A DNA stretch of 64,000 bases from Terriglobia bacterium (lineage in GTDB: Bacteria > Acidobacteriota > Terriglobia > JAJPHL01 > JAPKYU01). The notes under the pieces were generated by a model, which did not search any database, had not been told where the DNA came from, and worked only from the letters and a program-made list of their open reading frames with translations. Shown here one piece after another: positions 43,626 to 54,143 of this stretch. The stretch lies in the NCBI GenBank assembly GCA_965223005.1, contig CBDCVK010000002.1:448001-512000 (forward strand), read 5' to 3'. The first letter of the stretch is position 1; every line of letters starts with the position of its first letter. The translations under genes and the position numbers were made by a program.

Positions 43626-43886
43626 GTGCAAGTTCTCCGGAAAGCTCAGTATCTTAAGCATGGACAGTATGGCCTCGGTGTAGTCACTGAATCTAATCCC
43701 GAACGCACCATCATAGACTTCGATCTCCACGGCATCAAGAAGTTCGTCACCAGTCTCATGATGGTCGAACTATTGCCCGGAGGAGCTCCCTCCAAGCCTG
43801 CGCTTCCAAAGCGCCGCGCGAAAAAATCTTCCGCTTCTGTGCCACCGCATGCACCAAGCGGTTCTGTTGAGCCGGCAGCGGTTTAG
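43626..43886 (+). CDS. Small hypothetical protein, Tudor/SH3-like (UvrD C-terminal-like)
   Basis: SD AAGGAGG + GTG; LKHGQYGLGVV..IDFDLHGIKKF. Confidence 0.65.
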   Translation: MQVLRKAQYLKHGQYGLGVVTESNPERTIIDFDLHGIKKFVTSLMMVELLPGGAPSKPALPKRRAKKSSASVPPHAPSGSVEPAAV

Positions 43887-44279
43887 GGCAGCCACACCAA
43901 GGGCAGAGCCAGTCCACCACTTCGGCGAATTTTGCCCGGCGGACGCAGCCAATGATGGCGGCGCGGATCGCTGCTTCCCGCAGCGCTTGTTCCGAAGCGG
44001 GGAGCGGCGGCGGCTTCCACCGCGATCAACATGCCGCCGCGTCCCCAAGCTATCGTGGCCCCACTAACCCAGCTCTCTGGAACGAAAGGATTTGGGTCGG
44101 ATTCGACAGATAGGTCTCCGCTCGTCGGTTAGTGTTTACCTATGCTGCCACGCAGCACCACTTAGCCGGTATAACGCCCTTACCGTAAATTGACCCACTA
44201 CCAAGCGCCCGGGAGTGTGGCGAAACCAGGGGGTTTTCCGCTATACTGAAGGTTCGTTTGTCAGGAGGCTGGGCAGAGC

Positions 44280-44585
44280 ATGTATGCGATCATTCAGACG
44301 GGGGGAAAGCAATACCGGGTCGCGCCCGGAGACGTGCTTCAAGTAGAGAAACTTAAGGGCGAGCCGGGCGAGACGCTTGAGCTGCCCGCTGTAGCGGTGG
44401 CGCCCGACGGGGAGCCGATTCGCGCCGGCAAGGATTTGAGTGCGCGCGTGCAAGCTTCAATCCTCGGGACCGTCCGCGCGCCGAAGGTGCTGGTATTCAA
44501 GTACAAGCGGCGGAAGCACTTCAAGCGGCTGACCGGACACCGCCAGTCGCTGACCCGCATTCGCATCCAGGAGATCCTCGTCTAG
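44280..44585 (+). CDS. rplU: 50S ribosomal protein L21
   Basis: MYAIIQTGGKQYRV, KYKRRK, GHRQ. Confidence 0.97.
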   Translation: MYAIIQTGGKQYRVAPGDVLQVEKLKGEPGETLELPAVAVAPDGEPIRAGKDLSARVQASILGTVRAPKVLVFKYKRRKHFKRLTGHRQSLTRIRIQEILV

Positions 44586-44626
44586 CACCAAGCAGGGTCT
44601 AGCAGTCAGCAGGAGGAAACACAGTT

Positions 44627-44896
44627 ATGGCACACAAGAAAGGGCTGGGCAGTTCTCGTAACGGACGGGATTCGCAGGCACAGCGGCTGGGGGTCAAGAA
44701 GTTCGGTGGCCAGCTGGTTTCCGGTGGTTCCATCCTGGTCCGGCAGCGCGGGACTCGCTTCAAGGCCGGAGAGAATGTGGGCTTGGGCAGGGATCATACC
44801 CTGTTCGCCAGGGTTTCCGGGCAAGTCGAGTTCGCGGGGCGAGGCCGGTTTGGCAAATTCGTCCACGTTCATCCCGTCGCGGAGCCGCCCTCCTAG
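44627..44896 (+). CDS. rpmA: 50S ribosomal protein L27
   Basis: [21 protein letters not shown]. Confidence 0.98.
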   Translation: MAHKKGLGSSRNGRDSQAQRLGVKKFGGQLVSGGSILVRQRGTRFKAGENVGLGRDHTLFARVSGQVEFAGRGRFGKFVHVHPVAEPPS

Positions 44897-45009
44897 CTGG
44901 CGCCTGGCTTTAGGGTGCGGAAAAAGGGGTCCCCTATTCTTACGAAACGAAGCCAAGCAATTCTTGTTTAATCAGTAACTTAAGATCTATTTTTCGATCA
45001 GTAACTTGA

Positions 45010-46170
<1,161 letters not shown>

Positions 46171-46186
46171 GGATGCCCGCCGGCCG

Positions 46187-46852
46187 ATGAACGTCGCTCT
46201 GTTCGGCGGAACGTTTGATCCTGTCCATTGTGGCCACCTTTCGGCCGCTCGGGCCGCTCGCGAGCGCTTCGGTCTGGACCGTATCTATTTCGTTCCCGCA
46301 GGACGTCCCCCGCACCGCTCCCACGATCGCCTGAGTGCCTTCGAGCATCGCTACGCCATGGTGGCGCTAGCTTGTGCAGGAGAGCGCGGCTTTGTTCCCT
46401 CCTTGGCCGAGGCACCCTCGCGCCGTGGAGTCCAATATTCAGTCCACCTGGTGCGCCGCTTTCGCCGCCAGCTTGGTCCGGGGGACCGGCTCTTTTTCCT
46501 CATTGGCGTTGACGCCTTTCTGGAATTGCCGAGCTGGCACCAGTGGCGCGCCTTGCTCAATGGAGCGGATTTCCTGATTGTCAGCCGGCCCGGTTGCCCC
46601 CTGGAGCAGGTTGCTGAAGTCTTCCCGAAGGATCTGCTCCGGGAGCGGCGCACTGTGCCAGGGCCGGAGCAGGGGCCGGAACCAGTGGAGGAGTTTCGCC
46701 TGCGCCGGACCACGGCCCGGGTGCTGTCCAACGTGTGGGAACCAATCTCGGCCACCGAGGTGCGCCGGCGAGCGCGCGACGGGGGGAGTCTGCTGGGGTT
46801 GGTGCCGCCGGCAGTCGCCGAATACATTCTGGAGCAGCGCCTCTATCAATAA
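46187..46852 (+). CDS. nadD: Nicotinate-nucleotide adenylyltransferase
   Basis: GGTFDPVHCGH, LIGVD, W..W, ISATEVR. Confidence 0.93.
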   Translation: MNVALFGGTFDPVHCGHLSAARAARERFGLDRIYFVPAGRPPHRSHDRLSAFEHRYAMVALACAGERGFVPSLAEAPSRRGVQYSVHLVRRFRRQLGPGDRLFFLIGVDAFLELPSWHQWRALLNGADFLIVSRPGCPLEQVAEVFPKDLLRERRTVPGPEQGPEPVEEFRLRRTTARVLSNVWEPISATEVRRRARDGGSLLGLVPPAVAEYILEQRLYQ

Positions 46853-46948
46853 ATGAGCAATAAATGAGCAATGAATGGGCAATGAATCCGCAATGAATTC
46901 GGCAACAGATTCGGGAACGGATTGGGCAACGAATCCAGCAATGAAGCC
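46847..46948 (+). repeat. Degenerate 11-12 bp tandem array (about 9 units) between nadD and rsfS
   Basis: CAATAAATGAG x2, CAATGAATGGG, CAATGAATCCG, CAATGAATTCGG, CAACAGATTCGG, GAACGGATTGGG, CAACGAATCCAG, CAATGAAGCC. Confidence 0.8.
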
Positions 46949-47285
46949 TGAACTCCATGCTGCCGTGACCGCGGCGCTGGACAAGAAAGCCGTGGACCCG
47001 GTCGCGCTTGAGTTGAGGGACGTTTGCTCGTTCACCGACTACTTTCTGATCTGCACTGGCGCCAATTCCCGACAGGTGCAGGCCATCAGCGAAGAAATCG
47101 AGCTGTGCTTGAAGCGCGGCGGGCTGCGGCCCTACCACATCGAGGGCTACCCTCAGGCGGAGTGGATCCTGATGGACTATGTAGATTTCATGGTCCATGT
47201 TTTCTCTCCTAAGGCCCGCCTGTATTACGACCTGGAGCGGCTCTGGCGGATGGCTCCCCGCATTCGTTTGGAGGAAGCGCGCTGA
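46941..47285 (+). CDS. rsfS: Ribosome silencing factor
   Basis: DKKAVD, TDYFLIC, WILMDYVD..VHVF..R.YYDLERLW; start may lie upstream within the repeat. Confidence 0.93.
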   Translation: MKPELHAAVTAALDKKAVDPVALELRDVCSFTDYFLICTGANSRQVQAISEEIELCLKRGGLRPYHIEGYPQAEWILMDYVDFMVHVFSPKARLYYDLERLWRMAPRIRLEEAR

Positions 47286-47360
47286 TGGCCAGTACCGTGA
47301 CCGGCTCATTTGGTTTCTTCGGGAAGTCTCTGGTCTTTGGGTAGCGCTGAGGAGGCTGCG

Positions 47361-48338
47361 GTGGGAGGAGCAACGGGGTCAGCCGGTCAGGGTACGCACA
47401 CGGACCCGGATGCCGTCCTACTAAAACTGTGGGTGGCTCAGGACCCGCAGTCCCGCAAGGTCGCCGAGATCGCCCACAAGGTGGCCCTCACCTCCACCAC
47501 CGTGCTGATCCGCGGCGAAAGCGGCACCGGCAAGGACCTGCTGGCCCAGATGATCCACTACCTGGGGCCAACTCACGATGAGCCGATGTTGAAGATTGAC
47601 TGCGCCAGCCTGCCGCCCGAGCTGGTCGAAAGCGAACTGTTCGGGCACGAGCGCGGGGCTTTCACAGGGGCCGACGCCCAGAAGCGCGGGCGTCTGGAAC
47701 TGGCCGGCGGCGGCACGATTGTGCTCGACGAGGTTGCAGCGTTGACCTTGCCGATGCAGGCCAAGCTGCTGCGTGTGATCGAAGAAAAGCAGTTCGAGCG
47801 GCTGGGGGGAGCCGCCGCCGTGCGCATTCGTGCCCGGTTGATCGCCCTGACCAACGCGGACTTGGAGCAGGCGGTCGGGCGCGGGGACTTTCGCGAAGAC
47901 CTGTACTTTCGGCTGAACGTCTTCCCCATCGTCCTGCCGCCGCTGCGCGAGCGGCGCGGCGACATCCTGCCGCTGGCCGAGCACCTACTGGTCGCCCTGG
48001 CCGAAGTGCACCGCAGGCGCCCGGTTCGTCTTGCGCCCAAGGCCGCCGCGGCGCTCCAAGAATACGACTTTCCCGGGAATGTCCGCGAGCTAAGGAACCT
48101 GATGGAGCGCGCCCTCATCTTCGCGTCTGGTCAGGAGATTGGTCTGGAGCAGCTGCCCGCGCACCTGTCCGAAGGCAAGTCGGCAGTCGAGGGCAAGCCG
48201 ACGCTGGCGGAACTCGAGCGGCAGTACATCGCCGAAGTGCTGGACTACACGCGCGGCCGCAAGTCCCGCGCCGCCGAAATCCTGGGTATCAGCCGCAAGA
48301 CGCTGCTCGAGAAGCGCAAGCGCTACGGCCTGGACTAG
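47361..48338 (+). CDS. Sigma54-dependent Fis-family activator lacking an N-terminal sensor domain
   Basis: GESGTGKD, ESELFGHERGAFTGA, FREDLYFRLNV, PGNVREL, Fis HTH; GTG after GAGGAGG. Confidence 0.9.
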   Translation: MGGATGSAGQGTHTDPDAVLLKLWVAQDPQSRKVAEIAHKVALTSTTVLIRGESGTGKDLLAQMIHYLGPTHDEPMLKIDCASLPPELVESELFGHERGAFTGADAQKRGRLELAGGGTIVLDEVAALTLPMQAKLLRVIEEKQFERLGGAAAVRIRARLIALTNADLEQAVGRGDFREDLYFRLNVFPIVLPPLRERRGDILPLAEHLLVALAEVHRRRPVRLAPKAAAALQEYDFPGNVRELRNLMERALIFASGQEIGLEQLPAHLSEGKSAVEGKPTLAELERQYIAEVLDYTRGRKSRAAEILGISRKTLLEKRKRYGLD

Positions 48339-48425
48339 TGACGAGCCGCGAGCTCCCGGTGGTTGCTTTGCTCTGCCGGCGGTTGCTTTGGCCCGAATGC
48401 AGAGTCTTGACTGCCAAGTTCTGGC

Positions 48426-48848
48426 ATGAAAATTCGCATTGCTTATGTGGGGCGGTCGCGTAACCGTGCGCTGAATGAGGCGGCGGCTGAGTATGCGCGA
48501 CGCTTGGGACATTTTTGCGATTTTGGGCAGCGAGAACTGCGCGAAGCCGACCTGGCCCGGGTGCACCAAAAATTCCCGCGGGCCATGCTGGTTGCCTTGG
48601 ATGCGGCGGGCCGGCGAATGGACTCAGCCGCTTTCACGCGCTGGCTGGAGCGGTTGCGCCACGGCGGCACGCGCGAGTTGGTGATCCTGGTGGGAGGCGC
48701 CGACGGCCTCCCGACGGCCCTGCGCGCCGAGTGCGAATTGCTGTCGCTTTCCCCTCTCACCCTGCCCCACGAGTTGGCCCGCGTGGTCCTGTTGGAGCAG
48801 ATTTACCGCGCTTTTGCCACGCTCCACAATCACCCCTATCCCCGATAA
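48426..48848 (+). CDS. rlmH: 23S rRNA pseudouridine-N3 methyltransferase
   Basis: VGGADG, SLSPLTLPHELARVVLLEQIYRA. Confidence 0.93.
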   Translation: MKIRIAYVGRSRNRALNEAAAEYARRLGHFCDFGQRELREADLARVHQKFPRAMLVALDAAGRRMDSAAFTRWLERLRHGGTRELVILVGGADGLPTALRAECELLSLSPLTLPHELARVVLLEQIYRAFATLHNHPYPR

Positions 48849-48877
48849 CGGTCCTCCGCTAGAATGTTTTCTTAGAT

Positions 48878-49402
48878 ATGGGGCTGCTGATCATTTACAC
48901 GGGCAACGGAAAGGGCAAGACCAGCGCCGCGCTGGGGACTGCCTTGCGCGCCATCGGCCAGGGACTGAAGGTGCTAATGGTGCAGTTCCTGAAAGGGTCC
49001 TGGCACTACGGCGAGCTGGACACAGCCGAGCTGCTGGGCGAAGAGCGCTTCCAGCTGCTGCCCATGGGGCGCGGCTTCGTCAAGGTGGGTACGGAGAAGC
49101 CGGACCCGGCGGATGTGGAGCTGGTGGAAAAGGCCTGGGAACTTGGCCGGGAAAAGGTCTTCTCGGGCGAGTACCAGTTGGTGATTTTCGACGAGATCAA
49201 CTACGCTATTCACTATGGCATGCTCGCTGCCGAAAGAGTAGCTGAAGCGTTGGCGCAACGGCCCGAGGACGTCCACGTCATCCTGACCGGGCGTAACGCC
49301 CACCCCAGCCTGGTCGAGGTCGCTGACCTGGTCACGGAAATGAAAGAGATCAAGCACCCGTTCCAGAAAGGCATCCTGGCGCAACGCGGCATTGATTATT
49401 AA
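48878..49402 (+). CDS. cobO: Cob(I)alamin adenosyltransferase
   Basis: YTGNGKGKTSAALG, QFLKG, DEI, LTGR, ADLVTEM..KHPF. Confidence 0.93.
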   Translation: MGLLIIYTGNGKGKTSAALGTALRAIGQGLKVLMVQFLKGSWHYGELDTAELLGEERFQLLPMGRGFVKVGTEKPDPADVELVEKAWELGREKVFSGEYQLVIFDEINYAIHYGMLAAERVAEALAQRPEDVHVILTGRNAHPSLVEVADLVTEMKEIKHPFQKGILAQRGIDY

Positions 49403-49463
49403 CGGGGGATTATTGACCAGGGATTGTCGGCGAGGAAGCGCCGCTGCAAGCTCGGAGAACTGC

Positions 49464-50363
49464 ATGGCTTGGTTCAAGAGAGAAAAGAAGCCTCTGGAAG
49501 CGTCGGACGAGAAGCACGTCCGAACCGAGGGGTTGTGGACCAAGTGCAGCAACTGCCGGCAGATTATCTGGAAGAAAGACCTGGAAGCTGGTTGGAATGT
49601 CTGCCCCCGCTGCGAGTGTCATTTCCGCATTGACGCCGGCACGCGCCTCCGTCTGCTGCTGGATGGCGACTGGACGGAGCATGATGCCAGCCTGGCCTCC
49701 ACCGATCCGCTCCAGTTTGTAGACCTGAAGAGTTACCGGGACCGCTTGGCCCAGACGCAGAAACAAACCCGGCTCAAGGACGCCTTGATCACCGCCGAGG
49801 GCACGCTGGGGCAGCACCCTGTGGTGCTTTGTGCGATGGAGTACAGCTTCATCGGAGGAAGCATGGGAGCGGTGGTGGGCGAAAAAATCACCCGCGCCAT
49901 CGAGCGCAGCCTGGCCAGCCGCCTGCCGCTGATCATCGTCTCGGCCTCCGGGGGCGCGCGCATGATGGAAGGGGTGGTGAGTCTGATGCAGATGGCAAAG
50001 ATTAGCGCCGCCCTGGTCCGCCTGGACGAGGAGCGCATCCCCTACATCAGCGTGCTCACCGATCCCACCACCGGCGGCGTCACCGCCAGTTTCGCCATGC
50101 TGGGCGACCTGAACATCGCCGAGCCCGGCGCCTTGATCGGCTTTGCCGGGCCTCGCGTGATTGAGCAGACAATTCGCCAGAAGTTGCCCGAAGGTTTCCA
50201 GCGCAGCGAATTTCTGCTGGAGCACGGCATGCTAGACGCGGTCGTGCACCGCAAGGACCTGAAACACTACATTGCGCGGGCACTGGAGTTTTGCCTTCCG
50301 TCCAGTTCCACCAGCGGCGGCCCGAGCGGACCTGCCAGTTTCGGACCTACCAGTTCCAGATAA
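49464..50363 (+). CDS. accD: Acetyl-CoA carboxylase carboxyltransferase beta subunit
   Basis: WTKCSNC..CPRC Zn finger, GGSMG, SGGARM, PTTGGVTAS. Confidence 0.96.
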   Translation: MAWFKREKKPLEASDEKHVRTEGLWTKCSNCRQIIWKKDLEAGWNVCPRCECHFRIDAGTRLRLLLDGDWTEHDASLASTDPLQFVDLKSYRDRLAQTQKQTRLKDALITAEGTLGQHPVVLCAMEYSFIGGSMGAVVGEKITRAIERSLASRLPLIIVSASGGARMMEGVVSLMQMAKISAALVRLDEERIPYISVLTDPTTGGVTASFAMLGDLNIAEPGALIGFAGPRVIEQTIRQKLPEGFQRSEFLLEHGMLDAVVHRKDLKHYIARALEFCLPSSSTSGGPSGPASFGPTSSR

Positions 50364-50372
50364 GATGCCGCC

Positions 50373-51650
50373 ATGACCTACGGGGCCGCCGTTTCCTATT
50401 TGCTTTCGGTGGGCCAGGAGCTGCGAGGAGTCAAGTTTGATCTGGCCAACATTCGCCGCTTGTTGGAGGAACTCGGCCATCCCGAGCAAGCCTGGAAGGC
50501 GGTGCAAATCGCCGGCACCAATGGCAAAGGGTCAGCGGCGGCGATGCTGGAAGCGGTGCTGCGCTCGGCCGGCTACCGCACGGGCCTGTATACCTCGCCA
50601 CACTTGGTACGCGTCAACGAGCGCATTCATGTTGCGGGCGAGGAGATTGCCGACTCCGATTTCGCTGCCGTCTCGGCCGACGTGGTGGCTGCTGTGGAGC
50701 GTCTGCTCGCGCGCCACGAGCTGCCGGCGCATCCCAGCTTCTTCGAGTCCCTCACAGCAATCGCGTTCGAACACTTTCGCCGCGCCCACTGCGAGATTAC
50801 CGCAGTCGAAGTGGGCATGGGCGGCCGGCTGGATGCCACCAGCGCGCTCACTCCGCTGCTCTCCATCATCATGCCGGTGGAGTTCGACCATGAACCTTAC
50901 CTGGGCCACACCCTGGAGCAGATCGCGTTCGAGAAGGCCGGCATTATCAGGGAAGGTGGCGTGGTGGTAAGCGCGGCGCAACATCCGGAGGCGGCGTCGG
51001 TGCTGGAACGTGTCGCGCGGGAGCGCGGTGCACGCCTGGTCTACGCTCAACAGGACACCCTGCTTCGGCTGAACGGGCAGTTGCGGCTGGCCCTGCCTGG
51101 CCGCCACCAGGCGGCCAACGCCGCCGTGGTAGCGACCGCGGTCCAGGAATTGCGCCGCCTCAGTGTCGAGGTTTCGCTCGCGGCGCTGGTCGAGGGTCTG
51201 GCAACCGTGCGCTGGCCGGGGCGCCTGGAATGGATACAGGGAAGGCCGGCGCTGCTACTGGACGGCGCCCACAACCCGGCCGCTGCCCGCGCCCTCGGTG
51301 TCTACCTTCGCGAGTCGCTGTTGGCCTCTGATCCGGGAGCAACCGGTCAGCGGCTCGTGCTGGTGTTTAGCAGCATGCGGGACAAGGCGGTGGCGGAGAT
51401 CGCTGACCTGCTGTTTCCGCTGGCGGCGGCCGTCGTTCTGACGCGTCCGCAGCAGAGGCGCGCAGCCACACCGCAAGGCATTGCAGAGCTGACCAGCCAC
51501 CTGAACGCGTGCGTGCTCGAGCGCGAGGAGCCAGGCAAGGCGCTGGAACTGGCGCGCGAGCTGGCGGGGCCAGACGGTGTGGTAGTAGTCACCGGCTCAC
51601 TCTACCTGGTGGGAGAAATCCGCCAGCTCGTGCTGGGACGCGGCCCATGA
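50373..51650 (+). CDS. folC: Folylpolyglutamate/dihydrofolate synthase
   Basis: GTNGKGS, YTSPHL, EVGMGGRLDAT, DGAHNP, GSLYLVG. Confidence 0.95.
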   Translation: MTYGAAVSYLLSVGQELRGVKFDLANIRRLLEELGHPEQAWKAVQIAGTNGKGSAAAMLEAVLRSAGYRTGLYTSPHLVRVNERIHVAGEEIADSDFAAVSADVVAAVERLLARHELPAHPSFFESLTAIAFEHFRRAHCEITAVEVGMGGRLDATSALTPLLSIIMPVEFDHEPYLGHTLEQIAFEKAGIIREGGVVVSAAQHPEAASVLERVARERGARLVYAQQDTLLRLNGQLRLALPGRHQAANAAVVATAVQELRRLSVEVSLAALVEGLATVRWPGRLEWIQGRPALLLDGAHNPAAARALGVYLRESLLASDPGATGQRLVLVFSSMRDKAVAEIADLLFPLAAAVVLTRPQQRRAATPQGIAELTSHLNACVLEREEPGKALELARELAGPDGVVVVTGSLYLVGEIRQLVLGRGP

Positions 51651-52438
51651 GTGCGGCTCGCAACGCCCTGGGGTGGTTGCGCTCGGTGCTCGTCACCAAC
51701 CCGCTGATTTGCCTCTATACCATCGTCATGGGAACGATCTCGTTGGCCAGTTCCCTGGTGGACCCCCGGGGGATCTTTCAGCACCGTTGCGCGCAGATCT
51801 GGTCGCGCATGATCCTGGCCACCGGCCGTGTTAGGGTCCGCGTGCGGGGCTGGGAGAACGTTGAGCCTGGCCACGCCTACATCTTTTGCGCCAACCACAT
51901 GAGCTTGATTGATACCCCGGTGATTTTCGGAAAACTGCCGGTGCAGTTCACCATCCTGGCCAAGAAAAGCCTGTTTCGGATTCCGTTTATGGGTTGGCAC
52001 CTCCGCCGTTCGGGACACTTGCCAGTGGATTATGAGAATCCCCGCGCAGCCCGACGCAGTTTCGAGCAGGCAGCGCAGAAACTCCGTACCGGCTCCTCGC
52101 TGTTCTTTTTCCCCGAGGGTGGACGCAGTCGCGACTCGCGCTTGCGGCCGTTCCGGGCTGGGCCGTTCCTGCTGGCCATCAAGGCACGTGTCCCGGTGGT
52201 GCCGGTAGTGATTTTGGGAACACGTGAGGTGTTGCCAGTCGGTTCCATCAACATTCGGCCGGGTCAGGTCGAAGTGGTGGTGAAGGAACCCATTCCGACT
52301 GCCGGCACGACGCGCAAGGATGCAGACCGGCTGGCAACCGAAGTTCGTGAGCAAATTGCGCGCTCTCTGCCCGGGGAGGGGGCGGATGAAGCCGGACACG
52401 GCTTATCCGCAGTGAGCGCAGGAGAGGCCGAGGACTGA
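51647..52438 (+). CDS. plsC: 1-acyl-sn-glycerol-3-phosphate acyltransferase
   Basis: NHMSLID, FFPEGGRS; ATGA overlap with folC. Confidence 0.9.
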   Translation: MSAARNALGWLRSVLVTNPLICLYTIVMGTISLASSLVDPRGIFQHRCAQIWSRMILATGRVRVRVRGWENVEPGHAYIFCANHMSLIDTPVIFGKLPVQFTILAKKSLFRIPFMGWHLRRSGHLPVDYENPRAARRSFEQAAQKLRTGSSLFFFPEGGRSRDSRLRPFRAGPFLLAIKARVPVVPVVILGTREVLPVGSINIRPGQVEVVVKEPIPTAGTTRKDADRLATEVREQIARSLPGEGADEAGHGLSAVSAGEAED

Positions 52439-52463
52439 GAGCGCGCGGCTAGGCTAACCGCCG

Positions 52464-53183
52464 ATGGCTTTTGGAGGGGTGGTGCGACCATTGATTGGCA
52501 TCAGTTGCCGGCTGGAGGAAAGGCCGGCAGAGGAAAACGACTGGTTCTATTTGCAGCGTGAGTACAGCGAAGCGGTGCTGGCCGCCGGAGGCATCCCGGT
52601 CATGCTGCCGCTGCTGGGCAAGCCGGAATATGCGGTGGGGCTCGCGGAGCGGCTTGACGCTATCGTGCTGCCCGGCAGTCGCAGCGATGTGGACCCGGCG
52701 CGCTACGGCGCCAGCCCGCATTCCAAGCTGGGCCCGGTGCACCGCGAGCGGGACGAGCTGGACGCGGCCCTAATTCGGCAGGCGTTGGAGCAGCACAAAC
52801 CGCTGCTGGGCATCTGCTTCGGCACTCAGATGCTGAACGTGGCGATGGGCGGCAGCCTGGTGCAGCATCTGGAAACCGACATTGCGCACAGTGACCGCAA
52901 GGTGTCCCACACTGTGCGGGTCGAGGCTGGGTCGTTGCTGGCGCGGCTGGGCGGGGCTGGCGACCATGAGGTCAATACCAGCCACCACCAGGCCCTGGAG
53001 CGCGTGCCGGCAGCGCTGCGAATCACGGCGCGTACACCCGACGGCGTCATCGAGGCGGTGGAGACGACCGAGCCTGACCGCTTCTTGCTGGGTGTGCAGT
53101 GGCACCCGGAGCGAATCTGGCAGAAGAGTCCGATTTCCCGCGCCTTGTTTGAGGAACTGGTCCGCCGCGGAGTGAGACAGTAG
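52464..53183 (+). CDS. Peptidase C26 / gamma-glutamyl-GABA hydrolase family protein
   Basis: LGICFG, SHHQA, GVQWHPE. Confidence 0.9.
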   Translation: MAFGGVVRPLIGISCRLEERPAEENDWFYLQREYSEAVLAAGGIPVMLPLLGKPEYAVGLAERLDAIVLPGSRSDVDPARYGASPHSKLGPVHRERDELDAALIRQALEQHKPLLGICFGTQMLNVAMGGSLVQHLETDIAHSDRKVSHTVRVEAGSLLARLGGAGDHEVNTSHHQALERVPAALRITARTPDGVIEAVETTEPDRFLLGVQWHPERIWQKSPISRALFEELVRRGVRQ

Positions 53184-53262
53184 ACGGTAGGCCGTAGGCA
53201 GCAGGCGGGCAGCGGAAGGAATTTAGACCTTGGGATTTCAGTGAGCCAATCGGTGAGTTAAG

Positions 53263-54057
53263 ATGAATCGCTTGCGGCTTTTGATCGCTTCTTTTCTGAT
53301 TCTACTCCTACATTCCAGGGCGCTACCCGCGCAAGAAACCAGCCCGGCGGACAAGGGGCGGGCGATCTTAGAGGCGACCATTGAGAAACTGGGCGGAACA
53401 GCCTTTCTCAAGGCCCGTGATTTGAGAGCCGAGGGCCGCGCCTTCCAGTTCGGGCGCGATGAACGGCTTTCCGGGCTGGCGCGCTTCGTCGCCTACGAAA
53501 AGTTCCCCGACAAGGAACGGCAGGAGCTGGGTAAGAACAAGGATGTCATTGTGGTCTTCAACGGCGACAAGGGCTGGGACAAGACCTTTCGCGGCGTGCG
53601 AGAGTATTCCCCCGAGGAGATGCAGCGAATCCGGGAGAACAATCTGCTCAGCGTGGAGTATATCCTGCGCTCCCGGATGAAGGAGCCGGGATTACTGGTG
53701 CGCTACGCGGGCGGGGACATGATCGCACACCGCCCAGTGAACCTGGTGGAGGTGGTGGACGCCGAGAATCGCGCCGTGACCATTGCGATCGAGCGCGCCA
53801 GCAAACTGCCGGTGCGGCGCCAGTGGTCGCGTCGTAATCCCCGGACCCGGGTGCGAGAGACCGAGGTGGAAGTGCTGGGCAAGTACCGAAGCGTAAGCGG
53901 AATTTACACTCCCTACTACCGGCTGCGCGAGCGTAACGGGCAGAAAATCCTCGAAATTTTCCTCACCTCCGCCGCCTACAACGTGGAGCCGCCAGATTCG
54001 CTGTTCCAGCGCCCGCCTGGCCCGGAGCGCCACGAACCGCGCCGGCGCAAGCGCTAA
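53263..54057 (+). CDS. Secreted hypothetical protein (possibly LolA-like fold)
   Basis: Signal peptide; LGG..F, PDK.RQE, NGDKGW, beta-rich, ends in N...DSLF.RP. Confidence 0.6.
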   Translation: MNRLRLLIASFLILLLHSRALPAQETSPADKGRAILEATIEKLGGTAFLKARDLRAEGRAFQFGRDERLSGLARFVAYEKFPDKERQELGKNKDVIVVFNGDKGWDKTFRGVREYSPEEMQRIRENNLLSVEYILRSRMKEPGLLVRYAGGDMIAHRPVNLVEVVDAENRAVTIAIERASKLPVRRQWSRRNPRTRVRETEVEVLGKYRSVSGIYTPYYRLRERNGQKILEIFLTSAAYNVEPPDSLFQRPPGPERHEPRRRKR

Positions 54058-54143
54058 GCAGTGACCAGTCGGCGGTAGCTATCCTCGACCTCGACTACTG
54101 CTCCACTGCTGTCTTCCTCGAAGCTACTGTCTTGCAGTTTGGC

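Noticed and set aside
44094-44115. GGATTCGAC resembling the tmRNA 5' end
   Set aside because: No GGGG acceptor stem, tag ORF or 3' T-arm/CCA at a suitable distance
44207-44250. GGGAGTGTGGCGAAA resembling a tRNA-Leu start
   Set aside because: No D-loop GG, anticodon arm or T-loop; better explained as the rplU promoter (TATACT at 44242)
46847-46948. Possible CRISPR array (also the repeats at 7560-7696 and the SBBP repeats)
   Set aside because: Units are contiguous or coding, with no unique spacers and no cas genes
48421-48437. Sigma54 promoter-like TGGCATGAAAATTCGC
   Set aside because: GG-to-GC spacing is 11 rather than 10 nt, and it overlaps the rlmH start
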